Of a stretch of DNA of 64,000 nucleotides, positions 29,915 to 41,655 are shown piece after piece; position 1 is the stretch's first letter, and each line of letters begins with the position of its first letter. The notes under the pieces were generated by a model. It was given only the letters and a program-made list of their open reading frames with translations, made no database searches and was not told the origin of the DNA. The stretch comes from Bythopirellula sp. Lineage in GTDB: Bacteria > Planctomycetota > Planctomycetia > Pirellulales > Lacipirellulaceae. Where the stretch lies: NCBI GenBank assembly GCA_965216565.1, contig OZ244170.1:2976001-3040000 (forward strand). Direction: 5' to 3'. The position numbers and the translations under genes were made by a program.

Positions 29915-31672
29915 ATGAAATCATCCAGCACTTTAGAGACTGGTCAGACTTCCGCAGAGCGATCCATTCACGCTTTGCCGGGATCGCGCTTAGCCGCGGC
30001 CGTCTGCTTCCTAGTTCTCTGCACATTAGCGTTTGCTTCCGAACGTTCCGGCGCTGCTGAGAATGTGCCTATTTGGATGAAGCCCCTGGCTTGGTCCAAT
30101 CCCGAATCTAAGAAACCTGCCGCTCCAGAGTTGCAGGAGCGTTCGCCCTGGCTCAAGCCGATGCAACTTCGCTCAGACGCTTATGTTGAGTATCGCGAAG
30201 ATGAATACCGCACCAACGAGCCAAAGTTCGAGACAGCAAAGAAACCGTTCCACTGGAGCAATCCGGCCGATTCCGTAGCCAGCGCTCCCCAGCGTAAGTT
30301 GACGGACGCTGAACAAGTCGAGTTCGAAAAGCAAAACTATGTCTGGATTCGACCCTTTTATTGGAACAATAAGGAAGAGTACCAGCAAGTTTTGCCTTGG
30401 GATTCCCTCGAAGGCACTGAAATAGGTACGCGGTACGCCGGGCAGAAACCATCTGGGTGGCTGGCTCCGTTCAATTGGACTAACAGCCCGCCTCGGATGG
30501 CTAAGCGATCGAGTTCCGCAACGGCCAACACGCAAGTCGCCCAAGGCGCAGCAGTGCTTAGGCATTTGCCGCCCGTCGACGGGACGTCCTCGCGAGCAGC
30601 AAGCTCTCGGACTGTGGCATTTATGATGCAAGAGGGGGAGCAGGCCGCCGAGACTATCACCGGCGATCAAGGAACTGAGACAATCCCGCCAGGCACAGCC
30701 GAAGGGCCCCTGGAAGGCGAACTACCGTTTGAGAACTGGGCCGGTGGAGATACGGAAGAAATCGGCACGCCTGGCGAAGGTCTAACTGGCGACGAAGGTG
30801 AGGGAATCATTGCCGAAGCGGAAACGCTGGGCGAAGAGCCCGACGACAGCAACAACTTGCAATTTCTCCGCGCGGATACCGTACTGCTCGATCCGGGCGA
30901 AATGCAATTCGATTATGGATTGACCTACTCACTGTTCGACATTGAACTTCCTTCGATTAATAGTTCTACCGAACTTGAGCACGCTCGATTCCGCCAAAGA
31001 GAATTGCTCACCCCGCTAGAGATTCGTTACGGATTCACGCGTCGACTGCAATTATTCGCCAATGCCCCCTTTGGGTGGTCGAACGTCGAATTCTCTAGAA
31101 GCGATCTCGACTTATTCGAAAACGACGGCGGTTTTGGCGACCTAACCTTTGGCGGAACGTTCCTGGTTCGGCAAGGCAACCAGTGCTGTTCCGACATTGT
31201 ATGGACCAACTCGTGCACCGCGCCTACTGGGATCGATCCCTTCGGTCCCTCCCCAGCAGGTTTGCCACAGGCACCTTCGCTAGGTAACGGCACTTGGAAC
31301 CTGGCTTCGAACCTACTATTTATTCGCACCTATGATCCGCTCGTCGTTTTCTACGGCTTCGGCACACGTCAGCACTTTACTCGCGACCTGAATGGCCAGA
31401 GCTTCCGTCCGGGACAAGAGTACAACTACAACATGGGCGTTGGCTTTGCCGTCAACAGCAAGGTCACATTTAGCACGCGCTTCAATGGTGCCTACGTGAC
31501 CGAGGCGCGACTCGCCAGTCAGCGTATTCAAGGATCGATCCAAGAACCAATGGTCGTCTCATTTGCCCTAACCATTGCCCAATGCAATGGCCTCGTCGAG
31601 CCCTTTATCGACTTCGGCCTGACAGACGAATCGCTTGAATCAAGATTCGGCGTCATCTGGACGCGCTTCTAA
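29915..31672 (+). CDS. FapF/COG4313-like outer-membrane beta-barrel transporter with long N-terminal extension
   Basis: VLLDPG..GLTYS, APTGIDPFG, GNGTW, RTYDP, GVGFAVN and FGLTD motifs; C-terminal Phe. Confidence 0.72.
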   Translation: MKSSSTLETGQTSAERSIHALPGSRLAAAVCFLVLCTLAFASERSGAAENVPIWMKPLAWSNPESKKPAAPELQERSPWLKPMQLRSDAYVEYREDEYRTNEPKFETAKKPFHWSNPADSVASAPQRKLTDAEQVEFEKQNYVWIRPFYWNNKEEYQQVLPWDSLEGTEIGTRYAGQKPSGWLAPFNWTNSPPRMAKRSSSATANTQVAQGAAVLRHLPPVDGTSSRAASSRTVAFMMQEGEQAAETITGDQGTETIPPGTAEGPLEGELPFENWAGGDTEEIGTPGEGLTGDEGEGIIAEAETLGEEPDDSNNLQFLRADTVLLDPGEMQFDYGLTYSLFDIELPSINSSTELEHARFRQRELLTPLEIRYGFTRRLQLFANAPFGWSNVEFSRSDLDLFENDGGFGDLTFGGTFLVRQGNQCCSDIVWTNSCTAPTGIDPFGPSPAGLPQAPSLGNGTWNLASNLLFIRTYDPLVVFYGFGTRQHFTRDLNGQSFRPGQEYNYNMGVGFAVNSKVTFSTRFNGAYVTEARLASQRIQGSIQEPMVVSFALTIAQCNGLVEPFIDFGLTDESLESRFGVIWTRF

Positions 31673-31791
31673 ACTAGTAAGCCGCGCCACAGAATTGCTG
31701 GGGTAAAAACAGCCGGAGGCACACCTGCCTCCGGAGTCCCGCTGGGTAAAACGCCTTTAACAAGCAAACGACACGCGTCTACGCGGAAGCG

Positions 31792-32886
31792 TTACTTGAT
31801 CGGCAACTCGCGATTCTTGGGGATGATGCCCCGGGCGATACGCGAAGGATCGCGTGCAATCTTGTCAGTAAACACGCGCACGTCGTCCAAGATGGGTCGG
31901 ATGCGGCGGCTCATGATTTCCACCGTGGCAATCAGATGGTTCACCTGGTGAATCGTCGATCTCAGGTCGTCGTATAGTTCGCGATCCTGAGTCAGTTTAC
32001 CCAAGGTGCCATCCTTGCTGCTCAGCCCTTTCACCAACAGCGCCCCTTCGCCGAGCAGTTCGCTGAGGTTATCTACGCTCTCCTCAATGTTCTCGACAAT
32101 CTCTGGTCCACGCTCGCCAAACGGCTCGGTGAACCCTTGCAGATTCACGAGGTTCTGATCCGCTGCTGCTAGGGCACCTTCCAAAGCCGCCAGTAGTTCT
32201 TTGGCATCGGAAACTAAAGATGGCAACTCGGCCAGACCCTGTTTCAGATCGCGTTTGAATTTTTCGTCGCCTACGACTTCCTCGACGTCGATCATCACAC
32301 GGCTAAACGAAGCCATCGCCACTTCGGTGTTATCGACCAGGCGAGATATCCGCTGCGTGTCCTGACCACCAGCAATCTCGTTCATCGTATGGGCCAGTTG
32401 CGCCACTTCTTCGCCGGCGGCGCCGAGTGAGACGATTGTTTCCTTCAAATCACCTTGCAGGTTGGCAATGAGGTCCAGCGGCGTGGGATTGTATGTGCCG
32501 GGAACCGTTGTGTTCGGAGCCACCGGTTGCGCGTTGACGGCGGGTGCCGCGGGAGAGAACTCGATCACCGCATCGCCGATGAGAGAAGTTTGAATGCGCG
32601 CCCGCTCATTGGTTTTGATTGCCTTGCCTTCATCAATGTTGAGCGAAATTAAAGCGCCTTGGTCGGTATCCTGCACTTCTCCGACACGCCCAATTAGCAC
32701 ACCGCGCCGGCGCACAGGCGTATTGGGCGCCACACCAGGCGCTTGATCGACCAACAATTGGAGCTGATATTGATCGCGGAACGGCGACCAAGAGAAGTCG
32801 CTGCTCATCGCCAGCAAGATCACGACTATGATTGGCGTAGCCACAACGACGACTGCCACGCTGAATTGTTTTCTTCTATCTTCCAT
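31792..32886 (-). CDS. mlaD: MlaD/Mce family protein with long helical domain
   Basis: TM anchor; APGV...PVRRRGVLIGRV; SLIGDAVIE; GTLGKL..D.ELY. Confidence 0.88.
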   Translation of the reverse strand: MEDRRKQFSVAVVVVATPIIVVILLAMSSDFSWSPFRDQYQLQLLVDQAPGVAPNTPVRRRGVLIGRVGEVQDTDQGALISLNIDEGKAIKTNERARIQTSLIGDAVIEFSPAAPAVNAQPVAPNTTVPGTYNPTPLDLIANLQGDLKETIVSLGAAGEEVAQLAHTMNEIAGGQDTQRISRLVDNTEVAMASFSRVMIDVEEVVGDEKFKRDLKQGLAELPSLVSDAKELLAALEGALAAADQNLVNLQGFTEPFGERGPEIVENIEESVDNLSELLGEGALLVKGLSSKDGTLGKLTQDRELYDDLRSTIHQVNHLIATVEIMSRRIRPILDDVRVFTDKIARDPSRIARGIIPKNRELPIK

Positions 32887-32946
32887 GATTTTGTCAGTTG
32901 TTGGTTGTCGATTGTAAGTCGTTAGTCATTAGTGGCAACTAGCTGA

Positions 32947-33050
32947 GGATCGGCTCAAAAACAACTTCATCTTCTAGTCCCTCTCCCCTGTGGGGAGAGG
33001 TTAGGTGAGGGGTTTTGAGTGATATCTCGAAGTTGTTTTTGAGCCGATCC
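32947..33050. repeat. MITE/REPIN-like element with 22-bp terminal inverted repeats around a CCCTCTCCCCTGTGGGGAGAGG core
   Basis: GGATCGGCTCAAAAACAACTTC ... GAAGTTGTTTTTGAGCCGATCC is a perfect inverted repeat. Confidence 0.8.
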
Positions 33051-33104
33051 GCAAGGCACAGCTCCATCCTGATCCCTCACACTTCAACATTCACACTTCA
33101 TACT

Positions 33105-33911
33105 TCAAACTTCCATCTTATCAGCCATTTCCATCAGCCGATCGCCTGCCTCTCCCTTCACAAACTGCGAGACTCTGCGATCGTCGGAGTGGTCTATATC
33201 CTCCGGCAAACCGTCAAACAGCATTTGTGATTCGTTGTCTTCCAAGCGTGTAAGCGGATAGAGCATGACCACGCGGTCCGCCACTTTGTGGGCGGTCTTC
33301 ATATCGTGTGTCACAATGATGCTTGTCACGGGATTGCTGCTCCGCGTATGCATCATTAGTTCGTTGATCACATCACTGACGATGGGATCGAGCCCAGTCG
33401 TCGGTTCGTCGTAGAGCAACACTTCCGGTTTCATCACCAAGGCCCGCGCCAAACCGACGCGTTTGCGCATTCCTCCAGAAAGCTCGGCTGGGTGTTTTTT
33501 TAAGACACTCTGCGGAAGACCTACCTCAGCCAGTATCTCCAGCATTTTCTGACGATGGGCGTTTCGGTCTTTGCCCCGATGTTGCACGAGTGGGAACATA
33601 ATATTGTCGGCCACCGTCATACTGTCGAACAGCGCCGCATTTTGAAACACGAAGCCAAATCGCGTCCGCTGCTGGGCGAGTTCATGCTCGGGAAGTTGGT
33701 CCATGCGTTGGTTATCGAACTCCACAAACCCTTTGGTCGGGGTAACCAGTCCGATCATCGTCTTCAGCAATACCGTCTTGCCACAGCCGCTCTCGCCGAT
33801 GATGGCCAGCGTCTCTCCGCGCGGAATCTCCAAGTCGATATCGCGCAGCACCTGCTGGCGTCCAAAGCGGATGTGCAAGTGGTTCACTTTGATAATCGGC
33901 TTGTCTGCCAT
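33105..33911 (-). CDS. mlaF: ABC transporter ATP-binding protein (MlaF/Mkl family)
   Basis: GESGCGKT, FQNAALFDS, LSGGMRKRV, YDEPTTGLDP. Confidence 0.93.
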   Translation of the reverse strand: MADKPIIKVNHLHIRFGRQQVLRDIDLEIPRGETLAIIGESGCGKTVLLKTMIGLVTPTKGFVEFDNQRMDQLPEHELAQQRTRFGFVFQNAALFDSMTVADNIMFPLVQHRGKDRNAHRQKMLEILAEVGLPQSVLKKHPAELSGGMRKRVGLARALVMKPEVLLYDEPTTGLDPIVSDVINELMMHTRSSNPVTSIIVTHDMKTAHKVADRVVMLYPLTRLEDNESQMLFDGLPEDIDHSDDRRVSQFVKGEAGDRLMEMADKMEV

Positions 33912-33926
33912 GAAATTGCCGCCTTG

Positions 33927-34805
33927 CTAGCCCAACATCGTGGTCATACTGTACGGCCAGATCGCCGAGTAGATACGGTCCATGATTATGCTGAGGAACA
34001 GGTCCAAAATAATAATCAGCACAAACGATTGCACAAAAGCAGTCGTGGCGGCGCTCCCTACGCCCTCGGCACCCGGTTCACAGTGAAACCCTCGATAGCA
34101 ACTCACCAGTGCAATGGTCGCCCCAAAGAAGAAGCTCTTCATCACACCGTAAAACAGATCCCACTTCTCGACCAGCATGGCAGCATTGGAACTGTAATGC
34201 TGGGTATCGATATTAAGTACAAAGATGCAATAGACCGCCCCCCCCACCACACCCATGAACATGGCCATGATTGTCAGCGAGGGAATCAATAGCAGGCAAC
34301 TTAAGAATCGAGGAACCACAAGGTATTGGGTTGGGTTCGAGCCCATGCTCGCCAGCGCGTCGATTTGTTCGGTAACGCGCATCGTGCCAAGCTCCGCGGC
34401 AATGGCGCTCCCAACTCGGCCGGCTAGCATCGTCGCCGCCAATACCGGTCCCAGTTCGCGGAACATCGTTTTGTTGATGACGCCGCCTAATTGGGTTTCC
34501 ATTCCGAAGGCGCGAAACTGCGTATAAGATTGCACCGCCAGCACCATACCGATGAACGTCCCCGTGAGAGCCACCACCGGCAAACTCAGGACGCCAATCT
34601 GGTACATATTATCGAATAGCGTCTGGCGATTCGGCAGTCGTGTGACAAGCCACCGGAGCGTGTTCATCGTAAACAATGCCATGTCGCCAATGGTGTAAAA
34701 CCCATTGAGGATGTACTCGCCAAAGTTGGCCAGCGATTCGTACATACCGCGGAAGAGCCCCTGCCGAGGTCTTTGCTGGTACGGGGATTGCATAATTGAG
34801 GACAT
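33927..34805 (-). CDS. mlaE: ABC transporter permease (MlaE family)
   Basis: RELGPVL..AGRVGSAIAAELGTMRVTEQIDAL; GAEGVG. Confidence 0.95.
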   Translation of the reverse strand: MSSIMQSPYQQRPRQGLFRGMYESLANFGEYILNGFYTIGDMALFTMNTLRWLVTRLPNRQTLFDNMYQIGVLSLPVVALTGTFIGMVLAVQSYTQFRAFGMETQLGGVINKTMFRELGPVLAATMLAGRVGSAIAAELGTMRVTEQIDALASMGSNPTQYLVVPRFLSCLLLIPSLTIMAMFMGVVGGAVYCIFVLNIDTQHYSSNAAMLVEKWDLFYGVMKSFFFGATIALVSCYRGFHCEPGAEGVGSAATTAFVQSFVLIIILDLFLSIIMDRIYSAIWPYSMTTMLG

Positions 34806-35052
34806 TGTTAATTTTCCGTTCGATGCTTGCTAAAGCGAGTAAACTCGGCATCGCGGCTAGCCGTTCATTTTGCGCGCAGAACTGCGCTGTTCTCTGTATT
34901 CGACCCAAGGAACCCTAACGCTTGAGCAAACTCGTCCGATCACGTTGAATTGTACGGTTGCGGAAAATGGGTAAGATGAGGCTCTGGTCGGTGAATTCCC
35001 TAGTTCTGCGAGATTTCCTTTGACCTTTCCCCGCGCGACTCGTCTTTCTCTT

Positions 35053-35649
35053 ATGGGCCGGCTGGACTTCCAGCAAGCTGCCTCAGACGAAGTTCACCAC
35101 GATGCTATCCCCCGGGAAAGGGACTCCTCAGCAGTGGAAACGCTCCTCAAAGAGTCTCTGGGAGCTGTTTACCGCTACTGCTTGCGTTTGACGCAAGATC
35201 CCGAACAGGCGCTCGATTTAACCCAGGGGACGATGCTGCGGGCATGGCGAAGTCGGCAGATGCTGGCAAGTCCGAACTCGGCCCGACCCTGGCTACTAAA
35301 GATTGCCAGCAACTGTTGGAATGACCACCTACGTGGAAAACCTCGCCAACCCCAAACCCTAGTCGAGCCGCCCCACTGCCGACTCCTGGTCCCAGAAATA
35401 AAACTCGAACAACAAGAAGCAGTTCGCGAGGCTCTCGCAGCGCTCGACGAGTTGCCCGCACGTCAGAGACAAGTGATGTATCTCGTAACCATCGAACAGC
35501 TACCCCAGACGGAGGTCGCATACATCCTGCAGCTTTCGCCCTCGGCTGTGAAAGCCAACCTCTCGGCCGCTCGCAAACAACTGCGTGAGAAACTGAAACC
35601 AATTTACGAACAATTCTGTCAGCCTCGAACCTGTCCGACAAAAGAATGA
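35053..35649 (+). CDS. ECF RNA polymerase sigma factor
   Basis: Region 2 (DLTQ, WLLKIASN) and region 4 (LPARQRQV, EVA, VKANLSAARKQLR). Confidence 0.9.
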   Translation: MGRLDFQQAASDEVHHDAIPRERDSSAVETLLKESLGAVYRYCLRLTQDPEQALDLTQGTMLRAWRSRQMLASPNSARPWLLKIASNCWNDHLRGKPRQPQTLVEPPHCRLLVPEIKLEQQEAVREALAALDELPARQRQVMYLVTIEQLPQTEVAYILQLSPSAVKANLSAARKQLREKLKPIYEQFCQPRTCPTKE

Positions 35650-36215
35650 TTCACTCCGACTGCCAACTCCTGGATGACTACCTCGATGATTATCTCGACG
35701 GTAAACTGTCGCCCATCGAGATGCGTCGCTTCACCCAGCATCTTGCCGACTGCGAGAACTGTCAGGAAGCGTTGGCCCAGCAACAATGGCTGGACCAGCT
35801 CTTGGTGCAGTCCAGTGATCTTGCCCCCTTGCCTGCCGAGTTGGCCACTATTTCGCTTAGCCCTCCACCGCGGCCTTTCCCATGGCCAGCGATTATGGCA
35901 ACGGCGCTTGCTGCGTCGTTGTTGCTCGCATTCTCCTTGTGGGACGGCCCAGCAAATGACGTACGCGATCCTCTTGCTCAAGAAACTGAGTCTACAGCAA
36001 CGGATGAGGCTCCGGACGAAGCCCTCGTGCAACTCGACGCACCGCAGGCACCGATCGCCACCTTTCTTGCCGAAGACGATGTGATTGTGGTGCCGGTGGA
36101 GAGCGATTCGCCGGAAGTCACGATCATTCAAGTCTACCCCACTGCCCAAGCCCGTAGCCGTTGGCGACGGGAGGCACTTTTGCACGCGAGTTTCGTATCT
36201 AATACCGGAGGTTAG
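35646..36215 (+). CDS. zf-HC2 (ZAS) anti-sigma factor
   Basis: HLADCENC motif followed by one TM; ATGA overlap with the sigma gene. Confidence 0.88.
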   Translation: MIHSDCQLLDDYLDDYLDGKLSPIEMRRFTQHLADCENCQEALAQQQWLDQLLVQSSDLAPLPAELATISLSPPPRPFPWPAIMATALAASLLLAFSLWDGPANDVRDPLAQETESTATDEAPDEALVQLDAPQAPIATFLAEDDVIVVPVESDSPEVTIIQVYPTAQARSRWRREALLHASFVSNTGG

Positions 36216-36217
36216 CC

Positions 36218-37795
36218 ATGACTCACTCTTATAGTCGTTTCATTTGCCTGAAGGCTCTTCCTACCATCTCGGCGATGCTGATCGTGGCAGCCATTGCCAG
36301 TCTCTGCCCTGCCCAAGGCTACACTGCTCCTGTCCAGCCAGTTGGACACACTCCTCCGGTACATCCAAGAATTGCGAAGGAACAACTCCAACTGCGGATC
36401 CTCGAAATAAAACTCGAAAGATTATTGGAAAAAGGCGTTACCGATGGCCAAGAATTTGAAAACATTGTGAACACAATTCAGACTCATCACGAGCGGCTAT
36501 ATAGCCTCTATGATGAGTTTCAAGCCAACCTGGACTTACAGGCAAAGCAGCCCAGAAGCCAGTCGTCGGAAAAGAAGTTGATCGAAGCAGAAGAAAAACA
36601 ACTCGAAGCTATTCTCAAAGACCATCAGCAGCACCGTGCCCAGTTGCAACAGCAGCTGCAGGCCATGCAGAAAGAACTCGAAGCGGCACACAAAGAATTG
36701 GAGCGATCTCGGAGGGACCTCACTGCTTCGAATCCTGAAAAGGAACTGAGAACCTCGATCTACAAAACAAAACATACAGATGCTTCGCGTGCAGCGGAAT
36801 TGCTCGATGAAGTTCTCGGGGACTCGGTACGAATCTCCGTCGACTCACGGACGAGCCACCTGCTGGTGAAGGCTGCCGATGAGGTGATGCAGTCAGTTTC
36901 GAGAATTCTGTCAGAGATCGATACCCCGGCGGAAGAACAACCTTCCAACCAGGCAGCCGAAAATGAGAGCCGTCTCCCGTCTAGCGCCATGCTGCGCGTC
37001 TTCTGGCTCAGCAGTGGTTCGCCAAACAAAGATGCTCCTTCGGCTGACAGGGTGCTACCGAAGTCAGTCTGCGATGGCTTGGTAAAAATCGGTATTTACA
37101 ACCCCCATCTCGTCTCGCAAGCCACCGTCTCCATGGCACTCATGAATGGGGAGAACAACTTCCGTTTGGGGGATATCCCTGTCAAGGTTTTTGGTCAGAA
37201 GCTTGATTTTCATGTTCACGGTGTGGCCGAGACAACTCGTTCTGGCAAGCTTGGGCTGCAACTCGAGAGTGTTGTGAGACGAACAGAAAACGTAGGTTTC
37301 GGTGGAGGTGGCGGCACGAAGTCGACGGTGGTCAATCAATTCTCCGGATCAATAGTCACGCCGCTCGATCACTATGTCATTCTTGGATCAACCAGTTACG
37401 CCACGGGTACCCGGCAAGACGACAGATTCGGTCGAGGCATGGGAGAATTGGGGGGTGGTATGGGGGGAGGATTTGGCGGAGAGTATGGTGGTGGTGAGTA
37501 TGGTAGGGGCGGAGGCTACGGAGGCGCGGGCGGCCGAGGCGGCGCAGGTGGACAAGGTGGCGCCGGTGGCCGAGGGGGCGCGGCGGGCGAAGCTGGTGAG
37601 TCCGGTCAAGACGGCGCGCCAGGCGCCGACGGGGCCCCTGGCGGTAGAGGTGGACGCGGCGGTGGAAGGTCTGCCAGAGATACCGCGAGACGAGCCGCCA
37701 ACGACGAACCTGAGGTCACACAATTCGCCTACGTCGTCCAGGTCGTAGCCGCGGAAACTTACGGGCCCGAAGAATCTAGTAGCGAATCTGAGTAA
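36218..37795 (+). CDS. Exported protein with coiled coil, secretin N-type (NolW-like) domain and Gly/Arg-rich tail
   Basis: GGAGG SD; signal peptide; IYKTKH..A..AAELL..V...ISVDSRTSHLLV..A...ILSEID. Confidence 0.7.
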   Translation: MTHSYSRFICLKALPTISAMLIVAAIASLCPAQGYTAPVQPVGHTPPVHPRIAKEQLQLRILEIKLERLLEKGVTDGQEFENIVNTIQTHHERLYSLYDEFQANLDLQAKQPRSQSSEKKLIEAEEKQLEAILKDHQQHRAQLQQQLQAMQKELEAAHKELERSRRDLTASNPEKELRTSIYKTKHTDASRAAELLDEVLGDSVRISVDSRTSHLLVKAADEVMQSVSRILSEIDTPAEEQPSNQAAENESRLPSSAMLRVFWLSSGSPNKDAPSADRVLPKSVCDGLVKIGIYNPHLVSQATVSMALMNGENNFRLGDIPVKVFGQKLDFHVHGVAETTRSGKLGLQLESVVRRTENVGFGGGGGTKSTVVNQFSGSIVTPLDHYVILGSTSYATGTRQDDRFGRGMGELGGGMGGGFGGEYGGGEYGRGGGYGGAGGRGGAGGQGGAGGRGGAAGEAGESGQDGAPGADGAPGGRGGRGGGRSARDTARRAANDEPEVTQFAYVVQVVAAETYGPEESSSESE

Positions 37796-37925
37796 CAGAG
37801 AAAGTTTTCAGTTCGTCTTTTAGCCGACGAGCTACGTTCGGCCAGCGATTCCTAGAATCGCGGCTATTGTTCGTTGCATAGAAGAGCGTACGGCGCATAG
37901 AAATAGAATAATATGCTGTGCATAT

Positions 37926-37955
37926 AAAAAGCCCTCGCCAATGGCGAGGGCTTTT
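37926..37955. terminator. Bidirectional intrinsic terminator
   Basis: AAAAAGCCCTCGCCA-a-TGGCGAGGGCTTTT between convergent genes. Confidence 0.88.
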
Positions 37956-37982
37956 ATGTTTCTCGTAATCAACTGTGGCCGA

Positions 37983-40550
<2,568 letters not shown>

Positions 40551-40608
40551 AGCCATTCTCCCGTCGCGGTATCGGCATCGGACGAAAGCAGCGGCAGTTT
40601 CGGCACTG

Positions 40609-41286
40609 TCAGGCTGCCATTCGTCGGTTGGGTAATTCTGTTGTGGTGTCTGTTGTTTCTGTGTTCTCTGCTGTTACTGGCGGTGCGGCTTCGGAATCTG
40701 TTGTTTCCTCACGCTCCGCTGTCTCGCTTAATCCCTCTTTGAGCCGCAGTCGTTCGGCGGCAATCTCCTGCTGCCAATTCTCAGCAGCTTCCATTCGCTC
40801 TAACCGATCTAGCTGTCGCTCTGCTTCCTGCCAACGCTGCTGGTGCCGCCACAACGTGGCTAACATCAGACGTCCTTCAATGTCTCTAGCATTCTGCTTG
40901 AGTAGTTTGAGGAGCAATTGCTCCGCCGCCACCCAATCGCTTTCCAAGTATTTCTGCTGTGCTGTGCAGAACAATTGGTCCTGCTCTTGCCGACGTTTCG
41001 CCTTGGCAGGCGAGACGCTGACATCGTCTGTGTCTTCGGCAGCGGCTACTCGCTCCCAGCGGCTTTGCCACCAGGCAAGTAGCCACACGGTGACTAACGT
41101 TCCATAACCAATCGAGATCGCGTCGGTATCGATCCAATCGCGATAAACGAACGTGGCTAGCAACAACACGTTGGTCAATGTGGTAAATCCTACCGCCACT
41201 ACCAATCCTGCCCAAGACCCCCGCATCCACAGATGCGGCAACCCCGGCCAAAGATAGGCCGACCAATGCAATCTCCTCGTAGGCAC
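40609..41286 (-). CDS. Hypothetical membrane protein with TPR-like helices
   Basis: LWPGLP.LW..G N-terminal TM region followed by TPR-like helices; start likely GTG 41286, not 41580. Confidence 0.7.
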   Translation of the reverse strand: MPTRRLHWSAYLWPGLPHLWMRGSWAGLVVAVGFTTLTNVLLLATFVYRDWIDTDAISIGYGTLVTVWLLAWWQSRWERVAAAEDTDDVSVSPAKAKRRQEQDQLFCTAQQKYLESDWVAAEQLLLKLLKQNARDIEGRLMLATLWRHQQRWQEAERQLDRLERMEAAENWQQEIAAERLRLKEGLSETAEREETTDSEAAPPVTAENTETTDTTTELPNRRMAA

Positions 41287-41655
41287 GGTATCGCTTCCTT
41301 GCGGTGGTGCCAAGCTGCCTGGGAGGTAAAGCGTGTGCCTCCAAAGCGGCTTGAAAAGTCTAGCCCCTAGTAGTGTAGAATCAAGGCAACCGAAAGTGGG
41401 GCTTGGATTTACGGCTACCGAACTTGTTATCTGGTGCGCGGTTACCCCCGGTGGACGGCCCGCGTGATGCGACCTATCCATACGAGCGGACATTTCCCCA
41501 TACGGGACGATGAGAAGATAACGATAATAGGGGTTTCCGGCGAGGTCGATTTGGCTGCTTAATGTGCTGGGCACCCACAAAAAGTACGTCCTATCGCACC
41601 AAAAAATGCCGGCCTACGTCCATTTGCTAGCAAAATCCTGGTTCAGGCGATTGAA

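Noticed and set aside
41290..41655. TPP riboswitch upstream of thiE
   Set aside because: No CTGAGA core or TPP architecture seen
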